This document shows, piece after piece, positions 24,809 through 38,819 of a DNA stretch of 64,000 bases (positions are counted from its first letter, which is position 1; each line of letters begins with the position of its first letter). This DNA comes from Felis catus (lineage: Eukaryota). The position numbers and the translations under genes are program-made. The stretch lies in assembly GCF_018350175.1 (NCBI RefSeq), contig NC_058368.1, positions 156,986,001 through 157,050,000 of the forward strand, read 5' to 3'. The notes below the pieces were generated by a model that worked only from the letters and a program-made list of their open reading frames with translations, was not told the DNA's origin and ran no database searches.

Positions 24809-25989
24809 CTGGGGACCCTCATTCTTAAGGGAGGTGATTCCAACATGATCTATCTACTGTCCTGTGCTTTCTTTCCAAAGGTATTTTGGTCTTTTTTGGA
24901 TTCCCATGTGGGAAAAAGAGTAACTGGCAGCAACTTCACTTCCCCTACCAATTCTAAGACAGCTCTGTTAAACCTCTGTCCCCTGGGTACTCGGTGACCT
25001 CAAAGTTATAGAGAAAAAAAAAAATACCTGCTTCTAATACAATAAAAAAAGCCTAGAATGTCCTGCCAAGAAAACACTACAAACACTTGAAACTTACAAA
25101 TGATTTCAGGTACTCATCACCTGATGGCGTTATTTGCTGTTTGTAACTTAGTAACAGTCAGCCAATTTTATAAATGCCTCTTACTCTTCCCATCAAAGTA
25201 GATTCTGTTAAAATGCCAGATTTTCTACAACAAAATAATACAGGACTTGAAATATTACTTTAAAGCAAGAACAGAGAGAAAAACATTTCCTAGGCATTTT
25301 GAACATCCCTCTACTCGATGTACACACCTTCTTGAAGCCTTGATGATAGGCTTCTGCAGGCTAGATCTCAGCAACGGCAACAGTGGGCTCTACCTCTGGA
25401 TCCAGCTGCCTTAGGCCTGGACATGAGAACAGCAACGGGAAGCCTCGAATAGTTGGCTGTCTTCCAACACCTTGTAACCCCTTGTTGGCCTCTGTCCCAA
25501 GGCTTTAGCCCCAGTTTGGTGATGGGTTATTTGAAAGTCACCCTCCAGGATAACTTCTCAACAGAGTGGTCCCTGGGCCAGTGGAAACACTTGAGTTTAT
25601 GGCAGTGGTGGAGTCACTGCCAGAGATTCTGCCTCTCCCTGACCTCACTTCCGGCCATTCAGCTCCTTACTCCTTCTTGGCTTTCTTTCAGTTCTTCTCA
25701 TACAACTTGCTCTTCCCTGACTTAATTCTTAGCACATGCAGTCTTTTCTAATTTGAATGCTTTTCCCCAGATCAGCTACACTCTTTGCAGGGCCCACAGC
25801 TAAGTTAAAAAAAACAGGCATTCTTATTCAAATTTCATTAAGAATTTCAAGATGGTGACAGCAGAGCTTTACATTAAGTATGGGACCCTTCTAAGCATGG
25901 GGACCTAAGCAAATGCATAGGACTTACACTCACAAAAACTGGTCCCGTGTTTCTTCTGCTCTTTACATAGTTGGCTCATCATCACTGAT

Positions 25990-26232
25990 GTCATTATTTC
26001 TAGTTATTCTTTCTCAGTTTTTTTTTTTTTCTTTAGAGCATTTGTCACAATTTTAGATGTTAAATAATTAGCTTACTTTTTTTGGGTTTAGCTCCTGCCC
26101 ACCCAACCCATTTTAGGCTGTAAGCTGCATAAGGGCAGAGGTGCTATTCAGTCTTAGTCACATGGATCTCCAGTGCCTGGAATATGTCTGGCATAGTAGA
26201 CACTTAATGAATATATCCTGCATAGATGGATT
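25990..26232 (+). mobile_element. L2 3' end
   Basis: 'gctgtaagctgcataagggcagagg...tctccagtgcctggaatatgtctggcatagtagacacttaatgaata'. Confidence 0.7.
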
Positions 26233-26619
26233 AATTTATGCGTTGTTGGGTTTTTGTTGTTGTTGTTTTGCTTTAAGCTTCAAATTCTTTTAATAATTGA
26301 AATCTTCAGTGCATGAAATAGCTTTCGACTTGTCAGAGAGAAAGCAAGAACCTGTAAGAGTAATTGTGCCTGAGTTGAGTTAGTGTCATAGAGTTCTCTT
26401 CTCATCTGAGAAATGGTCTCTTATTTCCCCAGAGATAGCTTGCTTTCTAGTATGACGTCATTGCTTTTATGATTTCTGATCTACCCAAATTTCCAGATTT
26501 TTCTTGTATAAAGAAAACATCCCAGTCATTCTATGAGGTGTATTTAGAAAAGTAAGAGATGGATATTATGATGTCTCTGTGGGAGAAGTGAATGAGGAAT
26601 TATTCTGACACCAACTGGT

Positions 26620-26761
26620 GTGCTGTGGACTGGGGTACAATTCTGACAGTAACCACCCAGAATTAGCACAGATCCCACAGATTAAAGAGCCCAGTACCCA
26701 AAAAGACACTTCAAATACCAGCTGTAAGTGGAGTCCCCAGGCCACCCACACTTTTGACCAA
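26620..26761. mobile_element. MER21-like LTR fragment
   Basis: 'ttctgacagtaaccacccagaattagcacagatcccacagattaa...gtccccaggccacccacacttttgaccaa'. Confidence 0.65.
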
Positions 26762-26779
26762 GTGAGATGGTCGTGAGTT

Positions 26780-27018
26780 CTCTGTGGGAGAGAAGGACAG
26801 GCCTCTCAAGCAGTGGCTTGAGAGAGTAAAGAAAGAAAACTGGCATGGGTTTTTATTGCAGTTAGGGGATTGAATCTCCTGTAAATGTCAAAGGAGGAAA
26901 CACAGGACTTTCTTCTCAACTAGTGCAGATGTAGGGCGCAATGGGAAGGGGGAAGGTGACACTTAAAAGTGGTTGGCAGTCAAACATCAAAATATGGAGT
27001 CAGATTTGTCATTACACA
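26780..27018 (-). mobile_element. ERV LTR-like fragment
   Basis: Antisense polyA signal (tttatt) and LTR-like end 'aaaatatggagtcagatttgtcattaca'. Confidence 0.45.
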
Positions 27019-27059
27019 CACTAAAGTAGACAGAATGTTCTCTGCGTCCCCATTGACAC

Positions 27060-28190
27060 ATCACATAGTTTCAAAATTTGTCATGCAATTTCTTGTTTCT
27101 TCTAAACTTCTTCCCACTTCCCCACCCCCATCAGATTATTTTGAGGTAAATCCTAAGAATCAGACCATTTTACTTATAAATATTTCACTATGAAGTAAAA
27201 AATACAGACTTTCCTTTAAAATTATACCTAGAATTCCATCATTAAACCCAAACAAATTGACAATAATTCCTTAACATTATCAAATATTCATTCTGTGTTC
27301 ATATTTCCACAACTAGCCTATATTTTTTTAAGTTTATTTTATCAGAATTTGAATCCAAAGAACATAATTACGTTTAGTTAATATGACTCTTAAGTCTTTA
27401 ATTTAGGTTCCTACTATATCTAATTATTTTTTTCCTTGCAAATTTGTTGCTAAAGAAACTAGGTTGTCTTATGGTCTTCTGTCTCTTTTAAACTGATAGT
27501 AATATCTAGAAGCTTGATCACATTCAAGTTTAATTTTTTTTTTCCTTTTTTGCAAGCCACTTTTCTGAGGTTGCTATAAACTTCTACAAGGAAGTACATG
27601 ATATCCAAATGCCTTTTTTAAGTGATGCTAAGAACCACTGATGGTTGGTTCACAGATCCATTAATTCATTAAGGGCTGTAAAATGATGAATTCTTAATTC
27701 TATCATTTATTTTGCTTACTTAAAATACTTATGTAAGAAGGAACTTCTCTTTGCCAACCACTTGGTTACTTGTGGTATGGTTCTATAGGAAAATTAGAAG
27801 AACTGCTTGAGTTTTTCCCTATATTTATCATTATTTATAATGAGTTGGTGACCTTGTGTCCTCAAAAGGCAATCTCTGAGTCTGTTGGAAGATTCATTAA
27901 TTAATGGTTTTGAATATATGGGTTTGAATATGTTTGCTTTTATTATTCTCATTATCAAATTTTACAACCTTAAACTAGTGAGAATCAGTTCAAGTTGGTT
28001 TTTGAGTTCATTTGACATGATCCCAGTGGTCTTTGATAACTCTCTTATTTGTTGTGACAAAGCAAATCTTCAATGTTTCCTTGGACTGGACATTTCTGTA
28101 AGACATTCTCGTGCCTTTAGTTGGAAATGGTATTTAGAGATCAGTATCTGAAAGCTAAAATTACTTGTAGCTATTGGGTTGATATTATAG
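27060..28190 (-). mobile_element. Old L1 (L1MC-like) 3' region
   Basis: 'cagattattttgaggtaaatcctaag...aaatatttcactatg...ttgacaataattccttaacattatcaaatattc'. Confidence 0.65.
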
Positions 28191-28779
28191 AATTGTTTAC
28201 GTTTCTATTTTTGTATTTCCATTCTTATTTCAGATTGATTTTTTAAATTCTGCTCCCACTCACTAATTTGGTAGTTTTACAGTATTTTAATGTTCTTAAG
28301 GTGGTTATACCAGAGGTTGCAACAATCATCTTTAACTTACGTAAGTTTAACTTAAAAGAATATTTTATCTCCTTTCAGATAATGAAAGGTTTTGATCCCA
28401 TTCACTTCTTCTGTAAAAATATATACTATTGTTGTCTTATATAACTTTAAAGTATATGTATTTTGTTTATATGTTTATATAGTATTATTGTTTCATACTA
28501 TCAATACTCATTTAGATTTACCTTTTTCAGTGCTTGTCATTTCTGCCTGCACCTTTAAGCTTTCATCTGGGATGTTTTTCTACCTGAAAACCTAGTATTT
28601 CCTTTAGTGCAGATCTTCTGGTTATGAATTCTGCCAGTTTTTATTTGTCTGAAAAAGCATTTATTTTATCTTCATTTTCTTTAGGCTGGAAATTATTTTA
28701 TTTCAGTAATTTGGAAAATACTGCCCAACTGTGTTCTAGAGTCAATTGTTTTTCTAAACTTTGTCTTTTTACTCTGCTT

Positions 28780-31183
28780 ACTTTTTTTTGTTTTGTTTGC
28801 AGTTTCAAGTTTTTATTTAAATTCCAATTACTTAATATATAGTACAATATTAATTTCAGGAGTAGAATTTAGTGATTCATTACTTACATATAACACCCAG
28901 TGCTCATCACAAGTGCCCTCCTTAATCCCCGTCACCTATTTAACCCATCGCCCCAAGAACCACCACCCCCTTAGCAACTCTCAGTTTGTTCTCAGCTAAG
29001 GGTCTGTTTTATGGTTTGCCTCTTTTTCCCCCATGTTCATCTGTTTTGTTTCTTAAATTCCAAATATGGATGAATATGCCATCATCTGTTGTTTCCTGTG
29101 TTGTTAATTTTAACTATTCTGACAGATGTGAGGTGATATCTTATTGTAGTTTTGATTTGTATTTCCCTCCTGATGAGTGATGTTAAGCATATTCTCATGT
29201 ACCTGTTAGCCATCTGTATGTCTTCTTTGAAAAAATGTCTATTCATGTCTTCTGCCATTTCTTGACTGGATTATTTGTTTTTTGGGTGTTGAGTTTGGCA
29301 AGATCTTTATAGATTTTGGATACTAACCCTTTCTCTGATATGTCATTTGCAAGTATCTTCTCCCATTCCATAAGTTGCCTTTTAGTTTTGCTAATTGTTT
29401 CCTTTGCTGTGCAGGAGGTTTTTATCTTGATGAGGTCGCAGTAGTTCATTTTTGCTTTTGTTTCCCTTGCCTCTAGAGAGGTGTCTGGTAAGAAGTTGCT
29501 ACAGCCAAAGTCAAAGAGGTTGCTGCCTGTGATCTCCTACAGAATTTTGATGGTTTCCTGTCTCACAGTTAGGTCTCTCATCCATTTTGAGTTTATTTTT
29601 GTGTATGGTGTAGGAAAGTGATCCAGTTTCATTCTTCTGCATGTCACCATCCAGTTTTCCCAATACCATTTGTTGAAAAGACCATCTTTTTTCAATTGGA
29701 TTTTCTATACTGCTTTGTAAAACATTAGTTGGCCATATACTTGTGGGTCCATTTCTGGGTTTTGCATTCTGTTACATTGATCTATGTGTCCATTTTTGTG
29801 CTAGTACCATACTGTCTTGACGACTACAGCTTTGCAACATAGCTTGAAGTCTGAAGTCTGGAATTACAATGTCTTCAGCCTTGCTTTTCTTTTCCAAGAT
29901 TGCTTTGGCTATTCAGGGACTTCTGTGGAACCATACAAATTTTAGGATTTTTGGTTCTAGTTCTGTGAAAACTGCTGGTGGTATTTTGATAGGGATTGTA
30001 TTAAATCTGCAGATTGCTTTGGGTAGCACAAACATTTTAACAATATTTGTTCTTCCAATCCATGAGCATGGAAGATTTTTCCATTTCTTAGCATCATCTT
30101 CAATTTCTTCCATAAGTGTTCTATAGTTTTTCAGAGTACAGATTTTTACCTCTTTGGTTAGGTTTGTTCCTAGCTTTCTTATGGATTTTGATGCAATTGT
30201 AAATGGGATCGACTCCCTGATTTCTCTTTCTGCTGCTTCATTATTAATGTATAGAAATGCAACAGACTTCTGCATGTTGATTTTTTATCCTGTGATTTTA
30301 CTGAATTCATGTATCAGTTCCAGCAATTTTTTGGTGGAATCGTTCTGGTTCTCTAGAGTATCATGTCCTCTGTGAATAGTGAAAGTGACTTCTTTCTTGC
30401 CAATTTGGATGCCTTTTATTTCATTTTGTTATCCAATTACTGAGGCTAGGACTTCCAGTACTATGTTAAATAACAATGGTGAAATTGGACACCCTTTCTT
30501 GTTCCTGACTGTAAAGGAAAATCTCTCAGTTTTCCCCCATTAAGAATATTAGCAATGGGTCTTTCATATATGGCCTTTATGTAGTTGAGGTATGTTCCTT
30601 CTATCCCTACTTTGTTGAGAGTTTTTATCAAGAATGGGTGCTGTGCTTTGTAAAATGCTTTTTGTGCATCTATTGCAAGGATCATACAGTTCTAATCCTT
30701 TCTTTTTATTAATGTGGTGTATCATGTTGATTTGTAAATATTTAACCCCCCATGCAGCCCAAAAATAAATCCTACTTAATGGTGGTGAATGACTCTTTTA
30801 ATGGACTGTTGGATTCAATCGGCTAGTATTTTGTTGAGAATTTTTGCATCCATGTTCATCAGGGATATTAGTCTATAATTCTCTTTTTTAGTCAGGTCTT
30901 TGTCTGGTTTTGGAATCAAGGTAATGCTGGTCTTGTAGAATGAGTTTGGAAGTTTTCCTTTCATTTCTGTTTTCTGGAACAGTTTGAGAAGAATAGGTAT
31001 TAATTCTTTAAATGGCTGGTAGAATTCCTTTGGGAAGCCATCCGTTCCTGGAATTTTGCTTGTTGGGATATTTTTGATTAATGGTTCAATTTCTTTGCTG
31101 GTTAAGGGTCTGTTCAAATTTTTGATTTCTTCCAATTTCCATTTTGATAGTTTCTGTTTCTAGAAATTAATCAATTTCTTCCA
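28780..31183 (-). mobile_element. Carnivore L1 3' portion (ORF2 RT region plus 3'UTR), pseudogenised
   Basis: ORF2 fragments 'EEIKNLNRP...PGTDGF...[41 protein letters not shown]', 'IDAQKAF...QHPFLIKTL', '[13 protein letters not shown]'; many stops and frameshifts; T-rich tail at 28782. Confidence 0.95.
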
Positions 31184-31712
31184 TATACATGGAGGTTAAA
31201 CAATATCCTATTAAAGAATGAATGGTCAACTAACCATGAAATTAAAGAAGAAATTTTAAAAATACATAGAAACAAATGAAAATGAAAACATGATGGTCCA
31301 AAAACCTTTGGAATGCAGCAAAAGTGATCATAAGAGGGAAGTATATAGTAATACAGGACTACCTCAAGAAGAAAGACAAATTTAAAAAACACAACCTAAC
31401 CTTACACTGAAAGGAGCTAGAAAAGGAACAACAAATGAAACCTAAATGCGCAGCAGAAGAAGGGAAATAATAAGGATTAGAGCAGAAATAAATGATACAG
31501 AAACAAACAAAAACAGTAGAACATAGCAATAAAACCAGGAGCTGGTTTAATAAAATTTATAAACCCCTAGCCAGACCTATCAAAAAAAGAGAGAGAGAGA
31601 AAGAACCCAAATAAATAAAATCATGAATGAGAGAGATTACAACCAACATCTGAGAAATACAAAAAATTGTAAGAGAATATTATGAAAAATTATATGCCAA
31701 CAAATTAGGCAA
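31184..31712 (+). mobile_element. Inverted 5' segment of the same L1 (twin priming)
   Basis: Sense ORF2 'tggaggttaaacaatatcctattaaagaatgaatgg...gaatattatgaaaaattatatgccaacaaattaggcaat'; TSD tactctgctt at 28770-28779 and 31713-31722. Confidence 0.92.
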
Positions 31713-33824
31713 TACTCTGCTTTGTAAGAGATTTTTATCTTTGACATTTCTTTTCAGCAGTTTTAGTATCATGTGTCTAGCTGTGATTTTCTTTGAATTT
31801 ACTTTGCCTGAGGCTTGTATTGCTTGTCAAATCTATGGCTTGATGTCTTTCATCAGTTTGGGAAATTTTTTCAGCCATTATCTCTTGAAATATTTCTTCT
31901 GCCCCTTTCAATTTTTCTCCTTCTTCTGAGATTTCAATGAAACATATGTGACTTTTTTCTATATCTTTTTTTACATCTTTCTCTTGTTTTAGAATTCCCA
32001 ACCTCTTGTCCCTTCATTCTAGATGTTTTCTCTTACCTGCTGCTCTGTTTATTAATTCTCTCCTGGGTAGCACATGATCTTCTAAGTCAAACCCTTGTGT
32101 CATTAATTTTAGATACCATATTTCTCATTTCTTTTCATTGAACTTCCCATTCTTTGCAAAAGTTATTGATCTTGTCTTTTATCTCTTTAATCAAATTATA
32201 CACATAGTTTTGAATTCTATTATCTAGATTCTCTGTGAATCTGTTTCTGTTTGTAGTTTTTAATTATACTGTCTAGTTTCCTGATACACCTTTTATTTTT
32301 TATTGAGTGCCGGATATTGCACATTAAAAATAATAGATGCAACTTGAGCCCTATAAGAATACAATCTTTTTTCCCCCAAGAGAATTCACTTTTACTTCTG
32401 GTAGGGACCATGAAAACTGCAATTTTGGATTTGCTTAACACACAAAGGGATTAAAATTATTTGAATCACCTGGGCTTTAGTACCTGAGAACATTGGTCTA
32501 ACGTCTATACACTCTTACTTGGGTAATGGATGCATCTACGGGGTGCCAACCCAGTGCCTAGGAGTTTGTCAGGGACCTTCTTGTTTTCATTCTCCTCGCC
32601 ACCCAGTCACATGATTTTGTTAAAATATTGCTCAGCTTTTCAGGTCCTCAACCCATGTTTCTGAACATGGCAGGCAAAGCTGTGGCAAAAACAGCTCAAA
32701 AATTCTGAGCTCATCCCTCTGGATTTACTATCCTGGATCTTAGTCCCATAATTCTTTGCAGCCTTGGTGGTTCTCTGATACTTTCAAAAAGGTTATTTTC
32801 ATATTTTTGCACCCATTTTAGTTGTTCTTAATGGCAATATTAGTCCAAATTATCCTTTCAGTCTCTATTGGAAGCCAAAGGCTGATGTCTATGCTTTTAG
32901 ATTGCTAGTACAGCTATGGTAAAAGTTAATTAAAGCTGTTCTGTAAACTAAAACAGTACTCAAAAATCTTAAATCTGAAAAACTGATGGCACATTAAATG
33001 ATTTGAGGTGATGGACTTTCATATTTTCACAATTATATATTAAGTGCTAAAAATTTCTTTGTGATAAGTTAAAAATGAGTTGATTTGAAGAAAAACATTA
33101 ATGAGAGAGAAGTCAGTGCCTTAATGTGGCAAAAATCATTGATATCTTTCACATATAACTGCAGTTTGACAGTCTGAATTTTAAAAATTGATCATTGGCA
33201 AATAAAGAAACGGGAGAGAGACTCCTTTCCTGGCTTTATTCAAAATATAAATTAATTATTCATTTTAGTTCCTAGCTTCAAGCCAGCTACATTTTCAAAC
33301 TACCTTAAATAAACGTTCCAAGACATACAAACAGCAAAAACTTTGCATAGGAAATGAATACTTTAGGAATAGCTAAATCTATAAGTTTATAGATATTTGC
33401 CTTAGAAGTATAGTATAACTGATACTTTCTTGCAAGGGTATGTATTACTGATTCCTCCAAGAAGTCCACTAAAATAATGCAGCCCATTCCAGAAGATCCT
33501 CCTTCCCAGAGGAAGACAGGAGAAAAATATGGACAAAGACTAGACAGAACAAGCTCTGCAGGAGCTTTAGAAATGCTTTCTATTAATTTTATTTGAAAAG
33601 GTCCCAGCTCCTTTTTTCTTCTACCAACTACACTTCTGGAATTCTTTCTCCAACTTCCAGATTGCTCAGCATCAAATTTCGCTTGACTAATGTGATATAC
33701 ATGTTGTTTTTGCCCTCCAGTATCCCTCTGGAAAAGTCACCTCTCCCCCACCCTTCATGTGCTCCTAGTTGGGCTATCAATCATTGTGTTCCTGTAACCC
33801 TAGTGGGTTGGGCACACACTGGGT

Positions 33825-34290
33825 ATATTAGTTTCCTACTGCTGCTATAACAAATGATTACAAATTTACTGGCTCAAACAATACACATTTATTCTCTTAC
33901 AGTTCTAGAGAGCAGAAGATCTAAAGTCAAGGTGTCACCAGGCTGCATTCCTTCCAGAGGCTTCGGGGAGAAAATCCATTTCCCTGCTTTTTCTAACTTC
34001 TAGAGGCAGCCTGAACTCGTTGCCCCATGGCCACATCCTCCACCTTCAAAGCCAGAAGCATAGCCTCTTCCAATCAGGCTCTCTCTGACCTTGGATTCCA
34101 CTCTGCCATTTCCTTCTCTATGATTCTGCCCCTCTTACCTCCCCTTTATAAGGAACCCTGTGACTACACTGAGCCTATCAAAATAACACAGGGTAATTTC
34201 CCCAGCTCAAAATCCTTAATCACATCTGCAACGTCCCTTTTGCTTAATATGGTAACACATTCATAAATTCCAGGAATTCAGCCTGCCACA
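33825..34290 (-). mobile_element. MaLR LTR (MLT1C/D-like)
   Basis: 'tattagtttcctactgctgctataacaaat...tttattctcttacagttctag...ccttaatcacatctgcaacgtccctttt'. Confidence 0.85.
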
Positions 34291-35343
34291 TTGGGTCAGT
34301 TTGGGTCAGTTTGAATACCAATAGCTCAGGCCACAGAGATTTTTGAAGAATGAACTCACAGCCCAATCAGAGACAATTGAGAGAATTTTCAAAGGTTGAT
34401 ATGTGGATGTTGAGAAATTCATCTCTTCCTACCACTGTTGTTTATCAAAACTGCTGTGAATGTCCATCTTGCCTGACACACGGAAAGAGATTAAAGCAGA
34501 CTCCAGTCAGTCTGGAACAATCAGAAGCAAGGAATGGACAGGTGCAGGGGAGAGACTGGGGAAGGCCACACCCCTAGAAATGTCCTTAAACTTCCCTTAC
34601 CAAGTAGATTCTGAAATAGTGTCTCCACCCACAAACATCTCAGTACCATGGTTCAATTCATTCTCTTATTGGTTAGGCAAGTTTGAATGTTTTTTTTTCC
34701 CCCTTACTCATTTAATTGCTTATCTACAAACTGATCTCTAAATTCTAGGTCAAAAACCCCTGGTCAGTATATTACTCTGGCTTAAAAGATCAAACTAATC
34801 ATAGGGAAGACCTTATTTTGTACTCAGGCTTTTTGTGGTTAGAATTTCTGCTGCTTTTCTCCACATGAGAAAGAAAGGAAAAGAAAAGGATACATGCAGC
34901 ATCTTTCCAATGGAAATATAACAGTAACTTTCCTCCTATGCTAAAGTTCTCCTCAGTAGCAGACTTCTTTACCAATTACCTTTGTTTTTTTAGCTTTAAT
35001 TTTCTTTGCAGAAGGACTCATTTGTTTAATTATCCACTAACACTCATTTCTGCATGAGTGGAGATACTGGCTATAAGGAGTCCTAAGTCATTTCCTAAAA
35101 GAGATGTATTCTTTGTAGAAATTCTAAACATTCTAAACAATTCTAAACAACATTTAAGTATGGTTTTTTGGTGGGTTTTTTTTTTTTTGTAGAAACATTA
35201 AAATTGCTTTCATCATAAGATGCAATACTATTTTTCGCCATGTAGGGATCTTCTTCATAGACTAGCTTACTCCATGGAGAAATAAATGTATTAAGTTTGG
35301 ATCAATTATCAGCTACACAGATCTATGCGCCTCTCCCCACTCC

Positions 35344-35345
<2 letters not shown>

Positions 35346-35390
<45 letters not shown>
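35346..35390 (+). repeat. (CA)n microsatellite
   Basis: Perfect AC run of about 22 units. Confidence 0.97.
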
Positions 35391-35392
<2 letters not shown>

Positions 35393-36302
35393 CTGTAAAT
35401 TTTCAGCCTTCCATATTCTTAGTAACATTTCTAAGTCAAGATTACTTTCCACTTGTGATTTATAAGGTTTTTTACATAACCAGCTTCATATATCTACTTC
35501 AAAATTTAAACAACCTGGGACTGCCGAGAGGTCTAGTCTGCTTTCCGTGGTGACCCTGGAAACCACTCAGACCAGACAACCAGTCACTGCCACCAATGAA
35601 TCTGGCTCCATTGCCAGCATGTTTGCTGTTAGTTGACAACATTTTTATCTGACTTCTGCTAAAATTAACCTCACTTGGAATACAGTCTTTCTGTTTCATC
35701 AGTATAATTACTGGCCCTCGAGTGCCTTCCCAAAGCTGTTGTTTATAATGAATCATGTAGCAGAAAATATACAACTTTGTTCTTGAGAGCCAAGCAATGA
35801 CAATTCAATCCTATGGCAGAGAAAAATGCAAAAGCAATCAGTATAAAAACCCAATGGTAAAGGCAATTTCTTCCTCTTTAAATGAATCATTTTTTGGTGA
35901 AGGAAACACACGCACAATACACACACACAAGCCTGCACTTTAAAACATCTCTCATTCTAAAAATCAGTGACCAACATCTATTTGGTAGCTCATCTCATCC
36001 AGGTTAGTTATAAACTGGGTATATGTCATGGCACCATGACCATGACCATGAAACCATATGTCAGGACAAAATGAGGAACTAGAGCTAATACTGTACCAGG
36101 AGTCATGAGGAGGGCTGATGTTTCTCCAAATGCTTTCTTTGTACTGGTAAATGACTGACATGTCACCATTAGTGCTTCATTCTTTCAATATAACAGCTGG
36201 ATGTGGCTAAAGTGCAACACCCTTGGGGCAGGTTAGCATTCAAACTTCTTCTTCTTCTGTGTGGAGGATGGACAGGTTCTTCCCAGCATCAAGTTTAGTT
36301 TG

Positions 36303-36480
36303 GAGCAGCAGCCCTCAACCCTGCCTGCACATTAAAATCACCTAGGAAGCTTTTACAAAACATGATTGAAAGGGTTCTACTTTAGACAAAGTGGATCAAA
36401 ATCTCTGGGGGTGGGGCTTGGGCACCAGTACTTTTTAAAGTTAAAGTGTTCCATGTAACTTCCAATGTGGGGCTACGATT
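36303..36480. mobile_element. MER5-family DNA transposon
   Basis: 'ctgcacattaaaatcacctaggaagctttt...aaatctctgggggtggggcttgggcaccagtacttttt'. Confidence 0.75.
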
Positions 36481-36739
36481 GTGAAGCTAGAGGGTTTTGA
36501 TGAGAAAGGAATGGAGAAGATAGAGCTAAGCATACAGTGTGAAGGCACAATGTGTGCACACTGACAAACCTCACCCAGGAAGAAAGGAATAAAAGAGGGA
36601 AAGACCTGAGAAGGCTGTCCACATGTGAAGGAGGGCTTGTCTGTACTCCAAACACGCCCTCCACCCCCAAATCTGCCCATTTGCACTTTAGGTCTATCTG
36701 TTGGTGGGGAAGGGAGATGTGACCCAGGCCTTACCAGCT

Positions 36740-37118
36740 GTAGCCGTGAAACCCTCTGAAAAAGTGATTGCTTTGAGGAACCCAAACTGGACCAATCTAA
36801 ACCCAAAATACTTTAGATACAGAACTTTTACTGGAACTGTTGGGAAAGAAGCTCTTTTTCCAGTGAGAATGCTAAACTGCCAAGTCTAGATCTGCTAAGG
36901 CTTGCTACTATACTGAGGGGAGAAGCTGCCTGAGAAGGAAGCCAATGTGGAAGGCTTTCCAGAAGGAAGAGAACCAATCCTAATGGCATTCTGTGAACAC
37001 TGGATCTTACCTCACATATTATATAGACCACAGTGGTGGGAACCAATGAACTCTTAATGCTTGAGTCATTTTGAGTTGAATTATCTATAAATTACAACAA
37101 AAAGAATTCTGAGTAACA
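36740..37118 (+). mobile_element. Old MaLR LTR (MLT1J/K-like)
   Basis: 'ctgcctgagaaggaagccaat' and 3' end 'ttttgagttgaatt...acaacaaaaagaattctgagtaaca'. Confidence 0.55.
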
Positions 37119-38819
37119 GACAAGTGGCAAAGCCCAAATGAGTCAATGAAATTGTCTAGGTTGCACTGTCAGATCTGTTACTGTCCCTACTCTTGGGGGA
37201 GACCTGGTTTAGTCAAAAGCGGTAAAGGTTACCCTAAGCTATAGAAAAGAAATTGAGATTTTCAGTGTTTCAAAGTAACTATGTTAGACTTTTCCTTTTA
37301 TTTGAAAACAAATGTCAAAAAGAAGAATTGGTGCCTTTAACTAGGTCCCTAATTTTAAGAAAATCTAAACTTTTTTTGCTAATTGAGTTAAACTGAGCGA
37401 GATTAATTATAGCATCAGTTAATTTCTAGCAACACTTAACCTTCTATGGTGAATCAATCTCTGATAAAAACTTAGTTTACAACTTTAAGTGGAAAAAAAC
37501 CCATAGTTTTCTGCAACAAACATTACAATAAATTGGGTTTCTACGTACATTAGTAGTCTAGTCTGGAATTTACGAGTTAACAATCCTTGAACTACTCAAA
37601 TCAGCATTACAATATTTTAGTAAAGCTGAATGTCCTTCATAGCAAACAGAGACAAATATACAATTTTATGGTAAGATATGGAATAAATTTATATGTAACT
37701 TACATTTTACAGTCACTGTTTTGAAAATATTTGTCACCTTCACCTTATCCATTTACCATGTAATGAATGGATGATTCAAGTCTGGTCATCTCAGATCTCA
37801 TGGGTCAACAGACTCCCTTCTTTCCCAGCTCTTTATAAACAATTTCTAGTTGGAACTAGAAATCCATAACATTCAGTTACACTTTTTAACCAAAACTGAT
37901 TTAAGTAAGGAATTATAATCATCTAATTTTACAGGTCTGTACTTGAAATGCCCCAATCTTGTGTTTCCCCGTGAAGCAAGTAGATGTTAGTAGACTTTGA
38001 TAAAGTTTTAGGGACAAGACTCCACAAGGGTGAAGGAATACACTTAGGAACAAACCATATGAGTCAACAGGTCTCAGGAACAAGGCTAAGCCACCACAGG
38101 TAGATGTGGGTGTGACAGGCCAAACCAATCATCTGCCCCCCCTCCTAATTGACACTCCTTACATTTGTTCAACATTTAATGATGTGTGATCTGGCAGCAG
38201 GCAGTTTTTGTTTATGTGTTGTTTGGTTCCATGTTGTGAATGCTGCTGTTTTAATTTCCACTTGAGGTCATTGCTTTCTGTAGCAGGAATGGGACTAATT
38301 AACGTGTCTGTCAGTAGGTAAGACGTTGCATATGGAAACCCGAAGTAACTGGTGCCATAATTCTGACTTATCCCAACTGTATCTTAACATGCCTTAAAAA
38401 CTAGTGACCTGACTAACCTGCTCTCTGATCCTGCCTTTGGCCCATCATTCCCGGTTTGGAGCAGGCCACCGCTTAGACTAAATCCTAATACTGGGGTAAC
38501 TGTTGTCCTTGAGCCTCGAAATGTTTTCTCTGGCATTTCACTTCCTGAGGTATGTGCATTCAGCCACTAATCCAAAGGGAGCTCGCAGAGCTGTACCTCC
38601 AGTTCATCTTCACTGCCTCTCATCCTGGCCTGTGCCTTTTATCCCATCCCATAGGCTCAGTAGGACCACAGCACATAGTCAGCCCATCTCTCACTCTGAA
38701 CATTTCCCAGGTAGGAGTCACACACCTGTCCACTGTGTGCTTCTCACTTAAGGGGAAACATATCAAATTCTCCAAGTGAAACCCCTTTCTCCCTCTTTTC
38801 TTAAGAGTGAAGCAGTCTA

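Larger units (their letters stand above)
28200..32880 (-). mobile_element. Old L1M ORF1/5' region, interrupted by a younger L1 at 28780-31712
   Basis: Minus ORF 31777-32001 'GAEEIFQEIMAEKIS' resembles L1 ORF1p; the sequence continues across the younger insertion. Confidence 0.7.

Noticed and set aside
26452..26461. Perfect CRE palindrome atgacgtcat and scattered AP-1 TGAGTCA sites
   Set aside because: Single short motifs are expected by chance in 64 kb and lack supporting context
29243..31135. Reverse-transcriptase-like ORFs
   Set aside because: Fragmented L1 ORF2 with stops and frameshifts; not a functional or novel RT system
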